From positions 930,001 to 994,000 of the forward strand of contig JAYWIR010000020.1 of NCBI GenBank assembly GCA_036172245.1: a stretch of 64,000 bases of DNA. Reading direction: 5' to 3'. Origin of the DNA: Raillietiella orientalis. Lineage: Eukaryota. The notes under the pieces are model-generated. The model searched no databases. It was given only the letters and a program-made list of their open reading frames with translations, and was not told the origin of the DNA. Position numbers and translations under genes: made by a program. Below are positions 11,700-24,149 of the stretch, in pieces. The first letter of the stretch is position 1. Every line of letters starts with the position of its first letter.

Positions 11700-14300
11700 T
11701 CATTTTGCAGTGCTCCAATTTCCAAGGTAGTTTCACAAACCTCTTCAGAAGGTCTTTTCACGCATGATGAGGCCCGCAGCTCGTTGTCAGGAGGCTACAG
11801 CGCCCTGGCAGCACGCTGTGTTCGAGCCTTGCGCGCGTTTTCCTTCCTCAACTTTCCTGATGGAGTGAAAAGCCAAATTTTCCACAAAATAAATAGATAA
11901 ATGGATAAAAAGGCAGAGACGGTGGAATAATGAGCAGTTCACAGTCCTTTCGCCGATGAGCCGGAGACTCTGATACCTGAAAGGATGCTCGACCTTGTGA
12001 CCGAAGGAGGCAACGTACCTCGACTTGCAATGGAGAAGGCAGGAAGATGCGGAATGAAAACTTACAAGAGAGCTCTAAACTACGGGAGGGGCAACTGGTT
12101 GGCCACTCTCGAGACTGGATTCAAGGTGCAGATGCGAGAGCGTTCCAAGGCACTATACAGGTCAATCGGGATGACCCCAGACGGCTCGAACAAAACGTAC
12201 GAACATACCAAAACAAATGAGAATCTTTCTGAATCCTCTCGACGGCAACTGCTCGTGTAGAGAGCAGGCTGCTGGCTTTTTTCCCCAAAAAACATGAAAG
12301 AGGGAAAAGGAGGCAGCGGCATGGTGGCCGGTTGGATAGTTTGGGTATGATGTCGAAGTTTCGCTCAGTGAAAGAGCACTCTTCGATCGGAGAAGACCTT
12401 TGTACTGGAGTGGCTCGCTCCACAGGTTCTCCGAGACTAGGAGGACATGGCTGGGCCTCTCCTCTCGCATCCTGAAACTTCCGTGTGGAGTCGTGGTTGG
12501 ATGGTGACCTTTGAAGTGGACGAGTGCGTCTGGAAGTACTTCCAAGAAGGAAACTGTCAGTTTCTCGTCTAGCTGGTGAAAGTTCATTGCTAGTAATACT
12601 CAAAAGGTCGGATGAGAGGACAAAAAAAAAATCCACATTCTAAGGGAAGATGATGAGCTGTTCCTGGTCAGGAGGAAGCCCGTGGAAACGCTGGCGGTGA
12701 CCCTCAGCGACGCCAACGTGCAAATAGATCTCAAGAGCTGGGTGTGAAGCGGACGAATCGAACCGCCCGGTGGCTGGTTTTCTCCGGGGTTCCCCCCAGG
12801 GCAGCTGGTACTCACCAAAGCAGAAGCAGAACCGAGTCTCATTCGGTAAAGCGAATCATCAGAAGTCTCGAGGTCAAAGTGACCTCGACAAATTCTCAGA
12901 CTTCTATGGGCGAGAAGTCTGACTTTCTTGAATGCGGAAGCTAGGAGTGTCGGATCTATAAGGTCAGTTTTGGTGACTCCAACTGTGTCCCAAGATTCAT
13001 AACGGCGACGCTCATCGGATCCGGTGGAAGCGTTGGTTAGCTGCAAGGAACAGCAGGGTGGTAGCCACGGTGGCTGTAATTCGCTCAGATGTGTGTAATG
13101 ACACCCGCTGGAGCAACCGACTCTAAAAATGGAAGGTACTCCAGCATCGAGCCAGCACCTCCGGTACAAAGCCATTCCTGTCCTCATGACCTCGATCATC
13201 GTCGGACGTGATGTTCCTCATGTTCCCACGAGTATCAGGATCGCGATGATTGTGAGCAAAGGGATCCAGGAGCGAGCTCGCTTGGAGTCTGCTTTGGAGC
13301 AGATCTCGATAGTAGTGGGAGATATTCCATCGAGATCCTGGGGGTACGACGTGAAGGTCTCCGCGTTAACAGCCTTCGAGCATGGTCCCCGGAGGAGCTG
13401 AAATGAAGAAAAGAGCGATCCCTAAACAAACAAAAACACACGAAAAGAGAACCTCTGGGATGAGTTAATTGCCAGGAGCCATTCCGATCACTGCTGTTTT
13501 CCGTCCTTACAACGAAGCGAGCTCTCCAGCCGCTCGCTTCGCCGATTCCTAAAGCTCGTGACCCGATCGGGGAGAGTCGATGCCACCGTCGAGAGCAGCG
13601 ATGCGTTCCTTCTGAGTAAAAAGGACAGAAACGGGAATTGTTCTGGGTGCACTGACCTCAGAATCTTCCCCTGCTATCCGAAACTTTGCCATAAACACTA
13701 TGCATCGCGCTTCAACACGATCGACCGAGATGTCATGATGAGGAGCAAGTGAATTCGTCAAATCTTTAATCCATCTGCGGTGGTAGGGAGGGTCACGTAT
13801 ACCTCCATCTATTAATAGCCTGATGCAGTGATCTGCCTACCTAGGAGTGACCTGGTTAATATGGATATATATCTGCTCATTGAGAAGAAGAATTCGAGGC
13901 GGTCCAATGAGCTGTAATAACACCATTTCTGCTTTTGGAGTTGTCGATTTGGTGGTTCCCAGTTTGCTAGGAAGTCTGAAGACAGTTCCGGGACGAGGAA
14001 AATGGATGACTTTCCATTTCCGATCTTTGAAGAAGGGTTGGTACATAAATGGTGCTCCCCTCTCTCGATCCAAATATTCTAGAACTGGAACCCGTTGCTG
14101 AAACATCCAAGGTTTTCTCGGTGGATGCCACCACGCTCGCGCCACCGTGCCTGTCTCATTTGTGCAAGACTTTTGTTTTCCACTTGATGAGGATCCGGAT
14201 GCAGTTTGGACTCTGTAAAATCTCTAACCAGAATATGTTTTCCTGGTCTGTTCTAATCAGTTTACTGTTCGTCGTTTGTCATCGTGGCTCACGGACACTT
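11700..14300 (-). mobile_element. Decayed DIRS-like element, RT-RNaseH-MT-YR order
   Basis: Minus strand, in order: SSIFLVP (~14000) and YIHI (~13865) for RT; LTNASTG (~13030, cf. TDAS..G) and NPGENQ (~12790, cf. HIPG..N) for RNase H; QRAAGLIMREKTF (~11770, cf. YR C-terminal AAGW...TF). Many stops and frameshifts. Confidence 0.5.
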
Positions 14301-16502
14301 CTTTGGAGCGCGGAATTTTTCCAAATTGTCAGTCTGTTTTGTGAGAGTGGCCAGACCGATGCCGTTGGTTTTCCGGTTCTCATTTCCTCTCATGTGATCG
14401 AGCACGATCCAACTCTCCAAGTATCCATCATGAGGATTACCATTTTCAATTTCGAATGACGGCCTCTTCTCTCGGTTGCACAATAGTGTCCATTGGTTTG
14501 CCTCGCCGACGCTTCCATGTTTGAAGCATCAGAGAACTGGTAGCCGCTGCTCCATACTTCCATCAGCTGCAAAGCAGCATAAATGAATGGAAGATTAGCA
14601 AGCGCATTCTTCTTCGTTTGATCTTTCGGCTGTGTGGATCTTTCGGAGACGGCTCGATTTATTTGCTTTTATTCGGTGGATCCAGGAATGAAGGCTTCGA
14701 AGGTATTCCCAGCTTGAGTATGCGATTTCTCGCTGATCTCTGGAGACGAGGAAATCTTTGAATGAATCACTCGAGCTTCTCGTCATCCTTCTTCCTTGAA
14801 ACACAAACAACGAACTCTGGTGCACCGTCTTGGACATGACAAGGTCCCACCGGATTCGGGGATTCCTCTTTCGTGGGAGGTTCTCCCTTACCACAAAACA
14901 AACATCGTCAGCGACGTTCACTGTGCTGCTGGGATCTGCTGCCTCATGATCCCCATCCCAGCACTTGTTTCTCCTACAGTGATTTCACCGCAATTTGCTT
15001 CCCATTTCCCACTTTTTCCTGTTTCCCACTGCTCAGTGCACTGCCTTCCGTGGACATTTCTTTTCGTGCATCGTTTCATCCACTCCCAACTCCAACGTGG
15101 CGTGAATTTCCTCCACGTGTATTCACGCGTCAAGACACGCTGAGGCTGAAGTGAGTCTGATAAGATGTCACATCACTATCAATCAGTTTGTGAGGCAACA
15201 ACAGTGCTGAATTAATCAATTATAACTTCGTTCCACAGATTTTTTGTTCTTGGCGACGAAACTGGTTCTTGCTCTTTAATTTCGTCATCACTTTCCTCCA
15301 CTCCCTCCCCCACCAAGCTAATGCTTTTTTTTTTTCCTGACGATATGAGTTTCATTGTATTCACGTGATATTAGTTTGTATCCAGAATCATATCCAGTAT
15401 TATTGGTGAATCAAAAACATCAGAAATTCGCGGTTGCTATGGCGGCAAAACTACTCCATTACGTGCATCGTAATGGAATAGTTTTGCCGCCATAGCAACC
15501 GCGAATTCATAATTGTGCATACGTGATTTGCAACCGTGTGCATGCATAACTCTCAATCTTGATTTCGGAATAATTAAACCAAAATTCTGACCGTTTTTCT
15601 TCGAAGCAAAATAATCGGGAGAAGCTAGAAGTCCATTCCGCAAGAACTGCTACCACTGGAGATGAGATTCCCTTTTCTATAAACAAAGTTTTTGGTCAGT
15701 GGGGTTCCATGAGCAGCACCTGTAGCCACAAGAAAATTTGCAAGGTGGCTGGATCAATCATCCTTCAAGAAATGCCCGTGTGTTATTTCACAGCTGCTGC
15801 TCATAAAAGATGATTGGCAGTGTTCGTGCTAGTGGTCACAACTGCTCTAAACGCCCGGTCCAAGAGTACTTTCAGCGGGTGCGCGTTGAACAGCACAGAC
15901 CAACGTTTTCGAAGCATCATTGGCTGACAGAAAGTATTAAGATTACTAGCTACTAGTTCACGTGTGATTGCAAACCGGAGTTGGTCAACGATTCCAAGAC
16001 GTTAAGTCCCCAAATCGTTTCGTTTTGCGCTTGTGGACAGTATTGCCTTTTGCTCAGAGAAGCCTCGGGACACATTGCAAGACCTCTTCAATGAGAAAAG
16101 AAAAATAAGCCATTTGAATATTAGACATCGGTAGAATAGGAAATGCTGAAGTTGGTAAGCAAAAGCATGCAACTATTGGATGTTTTTCTTTACACAAAGA
16201 AAAGGTAGCTCGCAGCTGTTTCATTTGTTTTCTGCTCAGATGCCATTCGCGAGACGAAACTGGAGATCACAAGCAACTCATTCTTTGAATTTTCAGAAAT
16301 AACCGAAGCATTTCTTGAGAGTACATGCAAATCAGTTGTACAGAGATTCTAACAAATCACCGCATGGCAGCACTGATGAAGGGAACCAGTTGTCCATGCT
16401 CTATGTAAAACAACATACATTATGAAGGAAAACAAATAAGGAGTGCAGCCATTGCTTCCTGAATGCAAGATGGCGGCAGATATGCAAACAATTTCCGAGT
16501 GC

Positions 16503-16532
16503 AAAAAAGAAAGAAAAGAAAAGAAAAGAAAA
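16503..16532. repeat. (AAAAG)n-type microsatellite
   Basis: aaaaaagaaagaaaagaaaagaaaagaaaa. Confidence 0.9.
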
Positions 16533-16999
16533 GGCGCTCACTGAATTTCAGAGTTTTTCAGAGAGCTTTGGGATGTTAAAGAGAAGTTTCAAAGAACAAG
16601 GAGGAGTTACCTGGCATCAAGCTAGCGAAATCAATCGACTGCAAGCAGCACGTTTAGTGCTAAGCCAACAAAAGCACAGGAAAATGATAGGACGACATCT
16701 GAAGAAGGGAAGATCTCGAAATTGCATTCTTTGAGCTAACACGAATGCAGGAAGCAGAGATAATCAGCTTCGAGGGATCACCTTGCGGATAAATAGGGGA
16801 ACGGCTTTCCGTTATTTCTTTGACTCCAGAGTATGTGCTTTCCTGATGAAAAGCAAGTGCAAAGGAATTCTGAGGATTTGATGACCCTGTGAGGTAATTG
16901 CGGTCCACTTGCGAAACTTCTCTCGAAGTCTGATTCATCCCTTGAAACGCGATAAGTACCGTATCCATGCCAAATTACATGAAGCTCACTTTTCAAGAA

Positions 17000-17950
17000 A
17001 CAAACATTCGCATTTTCGAAAGGTGCATTTTCAGCCGGAGAAAACTGTTCCACGAGACCAGCCTTACAGACGATGAGACTTCAAACTTTGATTCTAACTG
17101 AGCGAAGGCATTCATCATGAAGCGGCTGCCCCCTCGCTTCCGAGAGGAGTGGCTTGATGGGCAGCAGTCATTGAAGATTCAAATATCAGATCAATCTGAT
17201 CATATTGATCAGATCAATCAATCTGCATTTTCCCTCGTAATTAAGCAAGATGAGTCCTCTGGACATCAAAGTGCTTTCGCAATCCACGCCCTTTATCTCG
17301 TCTTCTGGCAGAAAGACTTTTTCGAATGAGAGATGCAGATTTCAGATCTGGAGCGAATCGCCTTCACCCGAAATAGAAAGAGAATAAATGGACCATCTAA
17401 GAATGAATAAGGCTTCCTGAAGCTGCATCAGATGTGGCGCACATTCGCAAAATGCCCTGTTCCGAAAAGGAGTCCTTCCGAAGTCAGCAGCCATTTGAGT
17501 ACCATCCGTTTCGAAGAATCACAAAACGTCTGTGACGGCTATCCTAGTTTTCCAAATTTTTATTTGCATGGATGCTATCGATGCTATCCAGAGTGAATTC
17601 CCAATTTCATGAACCAGTTGCCATTCCAGGCGCGATATTTTCCTTGCACTTACGTATTTACTTCAGATGGAATTCATTGAGGTAAGTCCTTGCATCATCT
17701 ATAGAAATCTTGCCCGCGAGAGTCGTTATCTTTATTTGCCGAGGATTCCAGATCATCTCAGTGAAGTGAAAGAATTTGTGACCATTTTTAAGAATCTGCA
17801 CGGTAAAGACACACTGAGTCATCATTAATTCTGCAGAGAACGCGGATCGGACGTTCATGTGAGAGATGTCAGCTTCGGATGCTAGCTTTCCTGACGAGGT
17901 CTCCAGAACTAAAAGTCCTTTGATGAGTAGTGAAGCTTCGATGAATTATG
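17000..17950 (+). mobile_element. hAT (Charlie/Buster-like) transposase remnant
   Basis: QINQSAFSLVIKQDESSG (~17210-17265, cf. F.LQLDESTD), CMDAIDAI (17565, cf. CTDGA.AM) and CIIYRNLA (17691, cf. HCIIHR.AL), colinear. Confidence 0.5.
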
Positions 17951-19399
17951 AAGATGTGAAAACTATCTGTCAGGTTCTATTGTTCTCATTCAGCAGCTGT
18001 TTGTAGAACAGAATGCAGAGTAACTCGAACTCAGGTGGTTCGAAGATCTAAAAGAGGCCTATGTAATGAGAACGCTTTAAAGTTGAAAAGTGCGGTGCTG
18101 CTGAACTGTCTGAACTCCCAGGCGGCGGAATTTTACGCAGAGAGTTTCGAAAAGCTTCTTCACGGGATCAAAAGTGTTTGAATGCAAAGATGCCCTTTGG
18201 TGTAGAACCATCCTTCTGAAGTCCAACATTTTCCTTTGATCCTAAATGCTTCTTCACTGAACGATGACAGTCCTTGTCCTTTTTTCCGCAACCAAACAAC
18301 TTTGGTATGAGCTATGAAGGGAACAAGAACAGTCAGACGAGCTCCTAGTAGCAGGTAATAGGCTGGGTGGTAATCATCCGGACAGAGCATTTACAACATA
18401 TGTAATTATCTGGAATCTGCATGAAAATCGCATTTCATTTTCATTTGGTTGTTGTCAGAGAGACTGTTGTTAACGTTGCTTCTCAGAAGTATAATATCCC
18501 ACCCAATGGAACGTTCTAAGCAAAGACACAGAGTTCCCAAATTCAGCACGTGGAGTTGAATCTGTTGCGATCGCGAAAAGCAAAAATTCACACGGTTAAG
18601 GTGATTTGGTGGGTGAACAATGTGGCCACAACTGGGGAATATATCTGGGAAGAATATTTTAGCAGTATCTGAAAAGATATCCGTTTACGTGTTCGGCTGA
18701 CAGTGATTACGTCAAGACAAAAGAACGAAAATGAAACAGTCAACAGGAGGTAGCAATAGGAAACGAAGTTTTTGCAGTCCCGGTTAGATGGACCTCCCGC
18801 AGTTCGCTTCCTAGTAGCTGAAATTTTGTGTTCTTCCAATTTGCTGCCTATAGTGCCAGAGGAATAACAGTTGCCAAGGCTGCAATTCTTTTCGAGCACT
18901 TCGCGGGAAAGCATGGAGAGAGTTCACCGAGCTCTTTGATCTTCCCTAGTTCACACAACAGTTTGGAGGATACCTTCCAACACTTGAGCACAGGCCAAGA
19001 ATCCGTGGACAGTCCACTCGAAGATTATAAGTTTTTATGCAAACTGAGTTTCACGGAGGATTCCAAGAAGTCAAAACTTATCTGGAAGCTGTCTCGTCTC
19101 GAGTCACGCTACGAAACGTACGAACTGCTATCGGAAGATGGAAGGAGCTCATTGCTTATCCGAAAAAAGGGGAATTTTTCCGTCATGTGCCTCCCTTCCC
19201 GAAAGAGAAATTCGCAACGACACTCCGCTTTGACGAAAGGGACCTTGACTGGAGACGAGAAGTAAGTCATGAGCTCCCGTACTACTGCTGAAGCTGCAGC
19301 CCATTTCGAAGCCACAGCTCTGAGCAAAAGGGTGGATGAAACATGAAAGAAAAATTTCCGCAGGCTGACGACCCCATCGAAGGAAGAGAGTTTCCCAGA

Positions 19400-20420
19400 T
19401 TTTCCGCTCATGTGGAATTTATTAGTTTAGAGGGGAAGCTGCATCCTCTCATCATGGCTTCTGCTGATTGAGACGAATCCCGTTCCGCCTCTGGTGCTTC
19501 TCTGTGCCCGTCACTCGCTCTCGGCCGGAAGCTCCAGTTCGGTCGGTCATCTTTCGCAAGGACCGTCCACGTCGCCACCGGGCCCGGAAGCACCTGGCAG
19601 AGGCGTTCGCGACAGGGAAACAAGTCTCCCTCCGACGCCATCCGTATCTGAGGTGTTTTCTCAACTGCTTCATGGTGCCATCACCCCCGAAACATCATCT
19701 GCACTGACGGGAGCGCTGCAAAATCGCCTTTCTCGACGACGTCCTCTGAAACCGGCCGCGTGCATGCATCCGTGCAACCATCTCTTCGGGTGCTGCCTGA
19801 GGTTAGTTCTCAGGAACACCCACCCAATCTTCTTTCCCGACCACCGCGAGTCTCCGCTGGTGACCAAGGCTCGGAAAGAGGAAAGTGCCGTTGTGCGTCG
19901 TGTTCGTGAGAATGGAGGAAAGGGATGGCCTCTCCCGAGATGAGAAGGACCACGTGAACCGCGACCACCTTCTGCCACGGTACAGCGCGAAGCCAAAGGG
20001 GCGTCCGGGACAATTGTTCGGGGTGAATGCGGGCTCTGCTGGCCTCCCCGGAGACGATCTCTGCTCCGCAGGCACGGTTCGCGCTGACTGGATGGCCCGC
20101 AAGGTGCGTCCGGTACGTGTCCCGGCCGCGCTGTGTGTTGGGACACACCGATCCAGGCGTTCTGCACGAGTGCGAGGTTGTCTGAGCACCTGGTGGTTCC
20201 TCGGGTCGCGCACTGCCAGGGGTCGCACCTCGACGGATGCTCGCATCGACTCCTCTGCTGGAGAAAGGAGCAGCCGTTCGCAGTCCTTGCTCTCCGTTCT
20301 TCTCCCTTCTGCTTCTCCTTCCAGCATTGTCTCCGAGTTCTCACAAGGGTGGGAGGCGTCGATCATGATGAATCGACTCTTTGTTCTGGACCATCCTGCA
20401 GATAGTGGCGTAACCACTAG
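19400..20420 (-). mobile_element. L1/Tx1-like LINE ORF2 C-terminal fragment
   Basis: GC-rich block. Minus strand VTPLSAGW (cf. P...GG.G), SRTPLWL and GDLFPCRERL (zf-RVT-like start). Resembles the minus-strand fragments at 49.6-51.2 kb. Confidence 0.4.
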
Positions 20421-21689
20421 TCCATAGAAGGCATAGGGAAAGATAAGAAAAGCATCGAAAACAATTAACTTTTGTAGCTGTCAGTCATACCTGTTGAGTA
20501 CTTTATGACGTGTTGAGCATGCTGCTGTTTACCATCATTCGTAGTTTACTCTTCTGCTTTGGATAAAAATCGGGCAGCAGCTGAATCGCTCGAATTCTGA
20601 CTGCCATTGCTGCTTCTGTGCGGATTCTGAAGGGTGAATTCTAGAGGCTCTCTGGAGGCGTTGGGGGTATGGTTGCACACGTCGAATAAAGGAGACTCCT
20701 TTGAAATGAGAGCTGTGAACGAGGTGCGGTGATCCCCATGCGGACGGCATTACACAGACGAAGTTTCAAAGTTGGACATCCTGGAATGCTGCGGCAAGCT
20801 CTCAGGCACGGCTGCTCCTCGTAAAAGTACTGGACCTGCGAAGACGGAAGGATGCTCATTCGATTGCGTCAGATTGACACTCGAAGTTCAAGTAAATCAG
20901 CAGCAGTATCCATCAAGACCAGAAATTTGCGAAAGCTGCAGAAGAAGCTCATGGAGAAGTCCGATAGTAACCGAGTTAATAATAAACAGGATTGTGGATG
21001 CAACAGCAGCTGTTTTTGCGCGACTTTACAAATTTGTTTGTGGAATTAGCGCGAGAAGATTTGCTCTAGTAAAGTGTTGGCTGCTAAACTGCATATCAAT
21101 TACTACTCTGCTACCATGCAGCATCCATCCACGACGATATGAGTCACTTCATCTGAGCGATTTTTTCCGTTTGACCGGTGAACTGCATCAAAGATTTGAT
21201 GATCTCCGAAATCCATGGAGCGAAAATTTGCGCTCGTTTATTTGCGTCATGAATTCTAGCCATCACATCCCAAAATTCCAATTCGAATTATTGCATAATA
21301 AATAATAACTTATCCACGAATTCTTTGTTTTCTTAATTTTCTTGATTTCTGTATGTTTGCATGCACTGATTGGCTATTTTTAATTTGCAGATTCCCAAGA
21401 TGAAGATTATCCTGTGTGAGCAGCATGTTCCTTACGCCATGATAGCCTTCAGAAATAAACTACGGTTAAGCTAAACAGGAAAGAATTCGTTTCCAAATTT
21501 TTGAACTCTCCATCTAAGACTCGTAACTTGCATGTAATGACTTTCTTGTCAAAAGTGAGTTTTGAAATGATAGAAAGGTTCGAGTCGAATCGATATAATA
21601 GCTAAACTCACCAAGAAGCAATTAAGAAAATGAATAATGCATCACAAAAGAAGGGATACTCAAATCAGAAACCCTAGAGTGTAAAATTG

Positions 21690-22320
21690 GACTCTCCAGT
21701 TGAGTGGCTTCCTGATCGTTAGCGCAAATTCCTTAAATTGGCCTTGGAAGCAGCACAACCTAAACCTACAGTTAGCGAAGTTGCTGTGAGAAAGGAAAGT
21801 GAAGCTGCAGTCGAAAGGGAAAGCGGCAGTGCATCGGGGAAGATCAAGTGACCAGAACTGGAGGAGAACTCTTACATGACCAAGCACACGGGGAACAAGA
21901 AATTTTCGAAACTCCCTTCATAGGGTGACGATAGGTAACGAACACTTTCTAAGAATGGGGCCTGCAGTAGCAATCTTTGGCATGAAAACACGCAAAGGAC
22001 AGTTTTGTGTTTGGAAGCTTTTGCAAAGCAACGAGCAAGGTGCAAGAACTTTTAGAAGAATGGACATCAAGGAAATAGCAGGAAACTCCTGTTTGCTATC
22101 TGTTTGAATTTCACGTTTGAAGGGCACGAATCTCGTGGAATCAGAAAACGAGTCACAACAGGCATTAGCCGAAACTACCAAGACGTGAGCAATTTGTACA
22201 AACAAGAAATCATGTACGATGTAAGGCAAAAGGAACCATGAATAAATGCCCAACGAAACAGCCAGGCAAATTTCAGCTTCCAAATAGAATGAACAATTTG
22301 GCAAGGTCTTTCTCCATTTA
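21690..22320 (+). mobile_element. Ty3/Gypsy gag/protease remnant
   Basis: GLPDR*RKFL...VAVRKESEAA, then a degenerate zinc knuckle RARCKNF*KNGH, then FSFQI at the approximate position of the protease DTG region. Confidence 0.3.
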
Positions 22321-22588
22321 CGATGACGATTTTCAATGAGAATATTGGAAATTCCAAGTACAGAACATCCTCACCGACAATCCAATGAGGATTCTAATCG
22401 GGCAAAATTGGATTCTTCACTTTTATTCAGATTGTCGACTGCGCTACAGAATTCTAAAGTAGGGAAACACTTTTCCCCTACCTCCATTGAAAGAAAAAAA
22501 AAAACCTCTGAGAATGAACTTGTCGTTTTTTTTCCCACAAATTTTTTGTTTGAGGTTCGTTTTGTAGAATTCAAATCGCGTTTGGGAA

Positions 22589-23372
22589 GCCCGCGCCGGA
22601 GGCCGTGTGGTTACGGTGGTCTCCGCGCATGGCACCATGCGCCGTGGGTTCGAATGCTCCGAAGGAATCGACGCAGTGCGTCGTGGGTTCCGAGTTCACC
22701 CCACAAGATGACGCTGGTTGGTCTGCATTTATTCGGGTGCGGCACTGCTAGCGGTTAAAACCGGATGTCCTCCCCCAATGAGGGCCGGGACAAATGGGAG
22801 TCGACCTCCGGGTCCTTCCAGGAATCACGGAGTGGGAGCTCCCCTCCGGTTGTGAAGGAGCGGATCCCCATTCTGGGGGGACCTTCCGCATCGTACTGAT
22901 GGAGTAGGTGTGTCGCCACCACCGCTCCAGAGAGTGCAGAGAAGCGAGCCGATCCCTGCGGGAAGCTGCGTCCTTCTGAATTTCGGAAGAGTCCCTCTTG
23001 GGTTCACTTCCGAGGAGCAAAAACAGGAGCGGATCCTTGCGGGGGATCCCTCCGGAGAAAAAATTCCAGGATCGGATCCTTTCGGGTTCCCTTCAGAGAA
23101 GAAAGAATGGAGCGAACCTCCCGGGGGTCCTCCGGAGAGAATAAGGAAGGAGGATTCCCTTCTGGATTTCCCTTCGGAGACAACCAGGGTGGAGGTGTTT
23201 TCCATTTCCGGGGATCCCTCACCAGGCGTGAGAGGAATGAACTCCGAGTTCTTCCTGGATTCAAAGGGCGGACCCTTCTCAGGGTTACCCCCTATCTTAA
23301 AGAATTACCCGCCCTCGGATGGAGTGGAACCGTGTCGAAGAACTGCGAAGACAGAAAAGAAGGATTTCCATC
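22589..23372 (+). mobile_element. tRNA-headed SINE-like element, copy 2 (best-preserved head)
   Basis: A-box-like GGCCGTGTGGTTACGGTG at 22601 (cf. tRNA-Ser/Leu GGCCGAGTGGTTAAGGCG). B-box-like GGTTCGAAT 22647, GGTTCCGAGT 22686 and GGTTAAAACC 22753. Hairpin array ~22950-23260. Ends AAGAAGGATTTCCATC as in copy 1. Confidence 0.8.
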
Positions 23373-23894
23373 ATCCAAGGTTTGGTAAAGCTCTGTATGT
23401 TCAATTTAGGAAGAACGCACATGTTCCGTTACTGTGCTCTCTTGAAAGGGATCCCTTATCTGGAGAAAGTCTGAAGAGCGAGTTGAAAAAAAGAGATGCT
23501 GTGAAGGTTGTTTGAGCACCACAGCAATAGTGAATCCGGGGACTCGATGTGAAGGCAATGTAGGCTGGTGGGGAGATTCCAGAGTGTGGCATAGCATCGA
23601 CGGATGTTTCTGCGATCCTGATTCACACGACGAAGATTCGAATACTTTCGTGAATACCTTGCACACGCATGACGCTCGAGATGGAGAGGCGAGGACAATA
23701 TATATCTGGAACGCACTTTTTCTCTTCTCGGCAAAATCGTACTCTAGATATGCTCGCAGATGAAAACTGCGTGACCTCAGTTGCATAGTTCCTTAGCTAT
23801 ACTTCAGACAAAAGCACGCATGTAGCGTTTTGTTTTGAAATCACGCGCTTCTAGATAGTAGATATGTTCGTTGTGTCCTCCATTACCTCCATCA

Positions 23895-24110
23895 CTATTA
23901 TAATCAAAATCAGGAATAAAATTAATATAAACATATAATGAATAAATAATGTATATAAATATTTTCATGTTACATAATAATATTAGAATTGTGCTAAATT
24001 TTTACTAAAATATATTAAGATTAATTAATTAATTAAAACTAATAAATTAATATTAATTAATTAATTTATATTAAAAGTTATAAAGCACAAAATATTTTAA
24101 CTCCAAATTA
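23895..24110. repeat. AT-rich low-complexity tract
   Basis: Almost exclusively A/T, with ttaa/aatt runs. Confidence 0.85.
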
Positions 24111-24149
24111 TTTCAGAACTCTCGGCCGCCAAGTCATTCTAGCCATGAA

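Noticed and set aside
22589..22670. Functional tRNA gene
   Set aside because: A and B boxes are present, but I see no acceptor-stem pairing or canonical anticodon arm and no T-run terminator. It is the head of a repeat.
23406..23786. SWIM zinc finger / MULE remnant (IYIVLASPSRASCVCKVF)
   Set aside because: Only the CxC half of the motif is present, with no supporting motifs.
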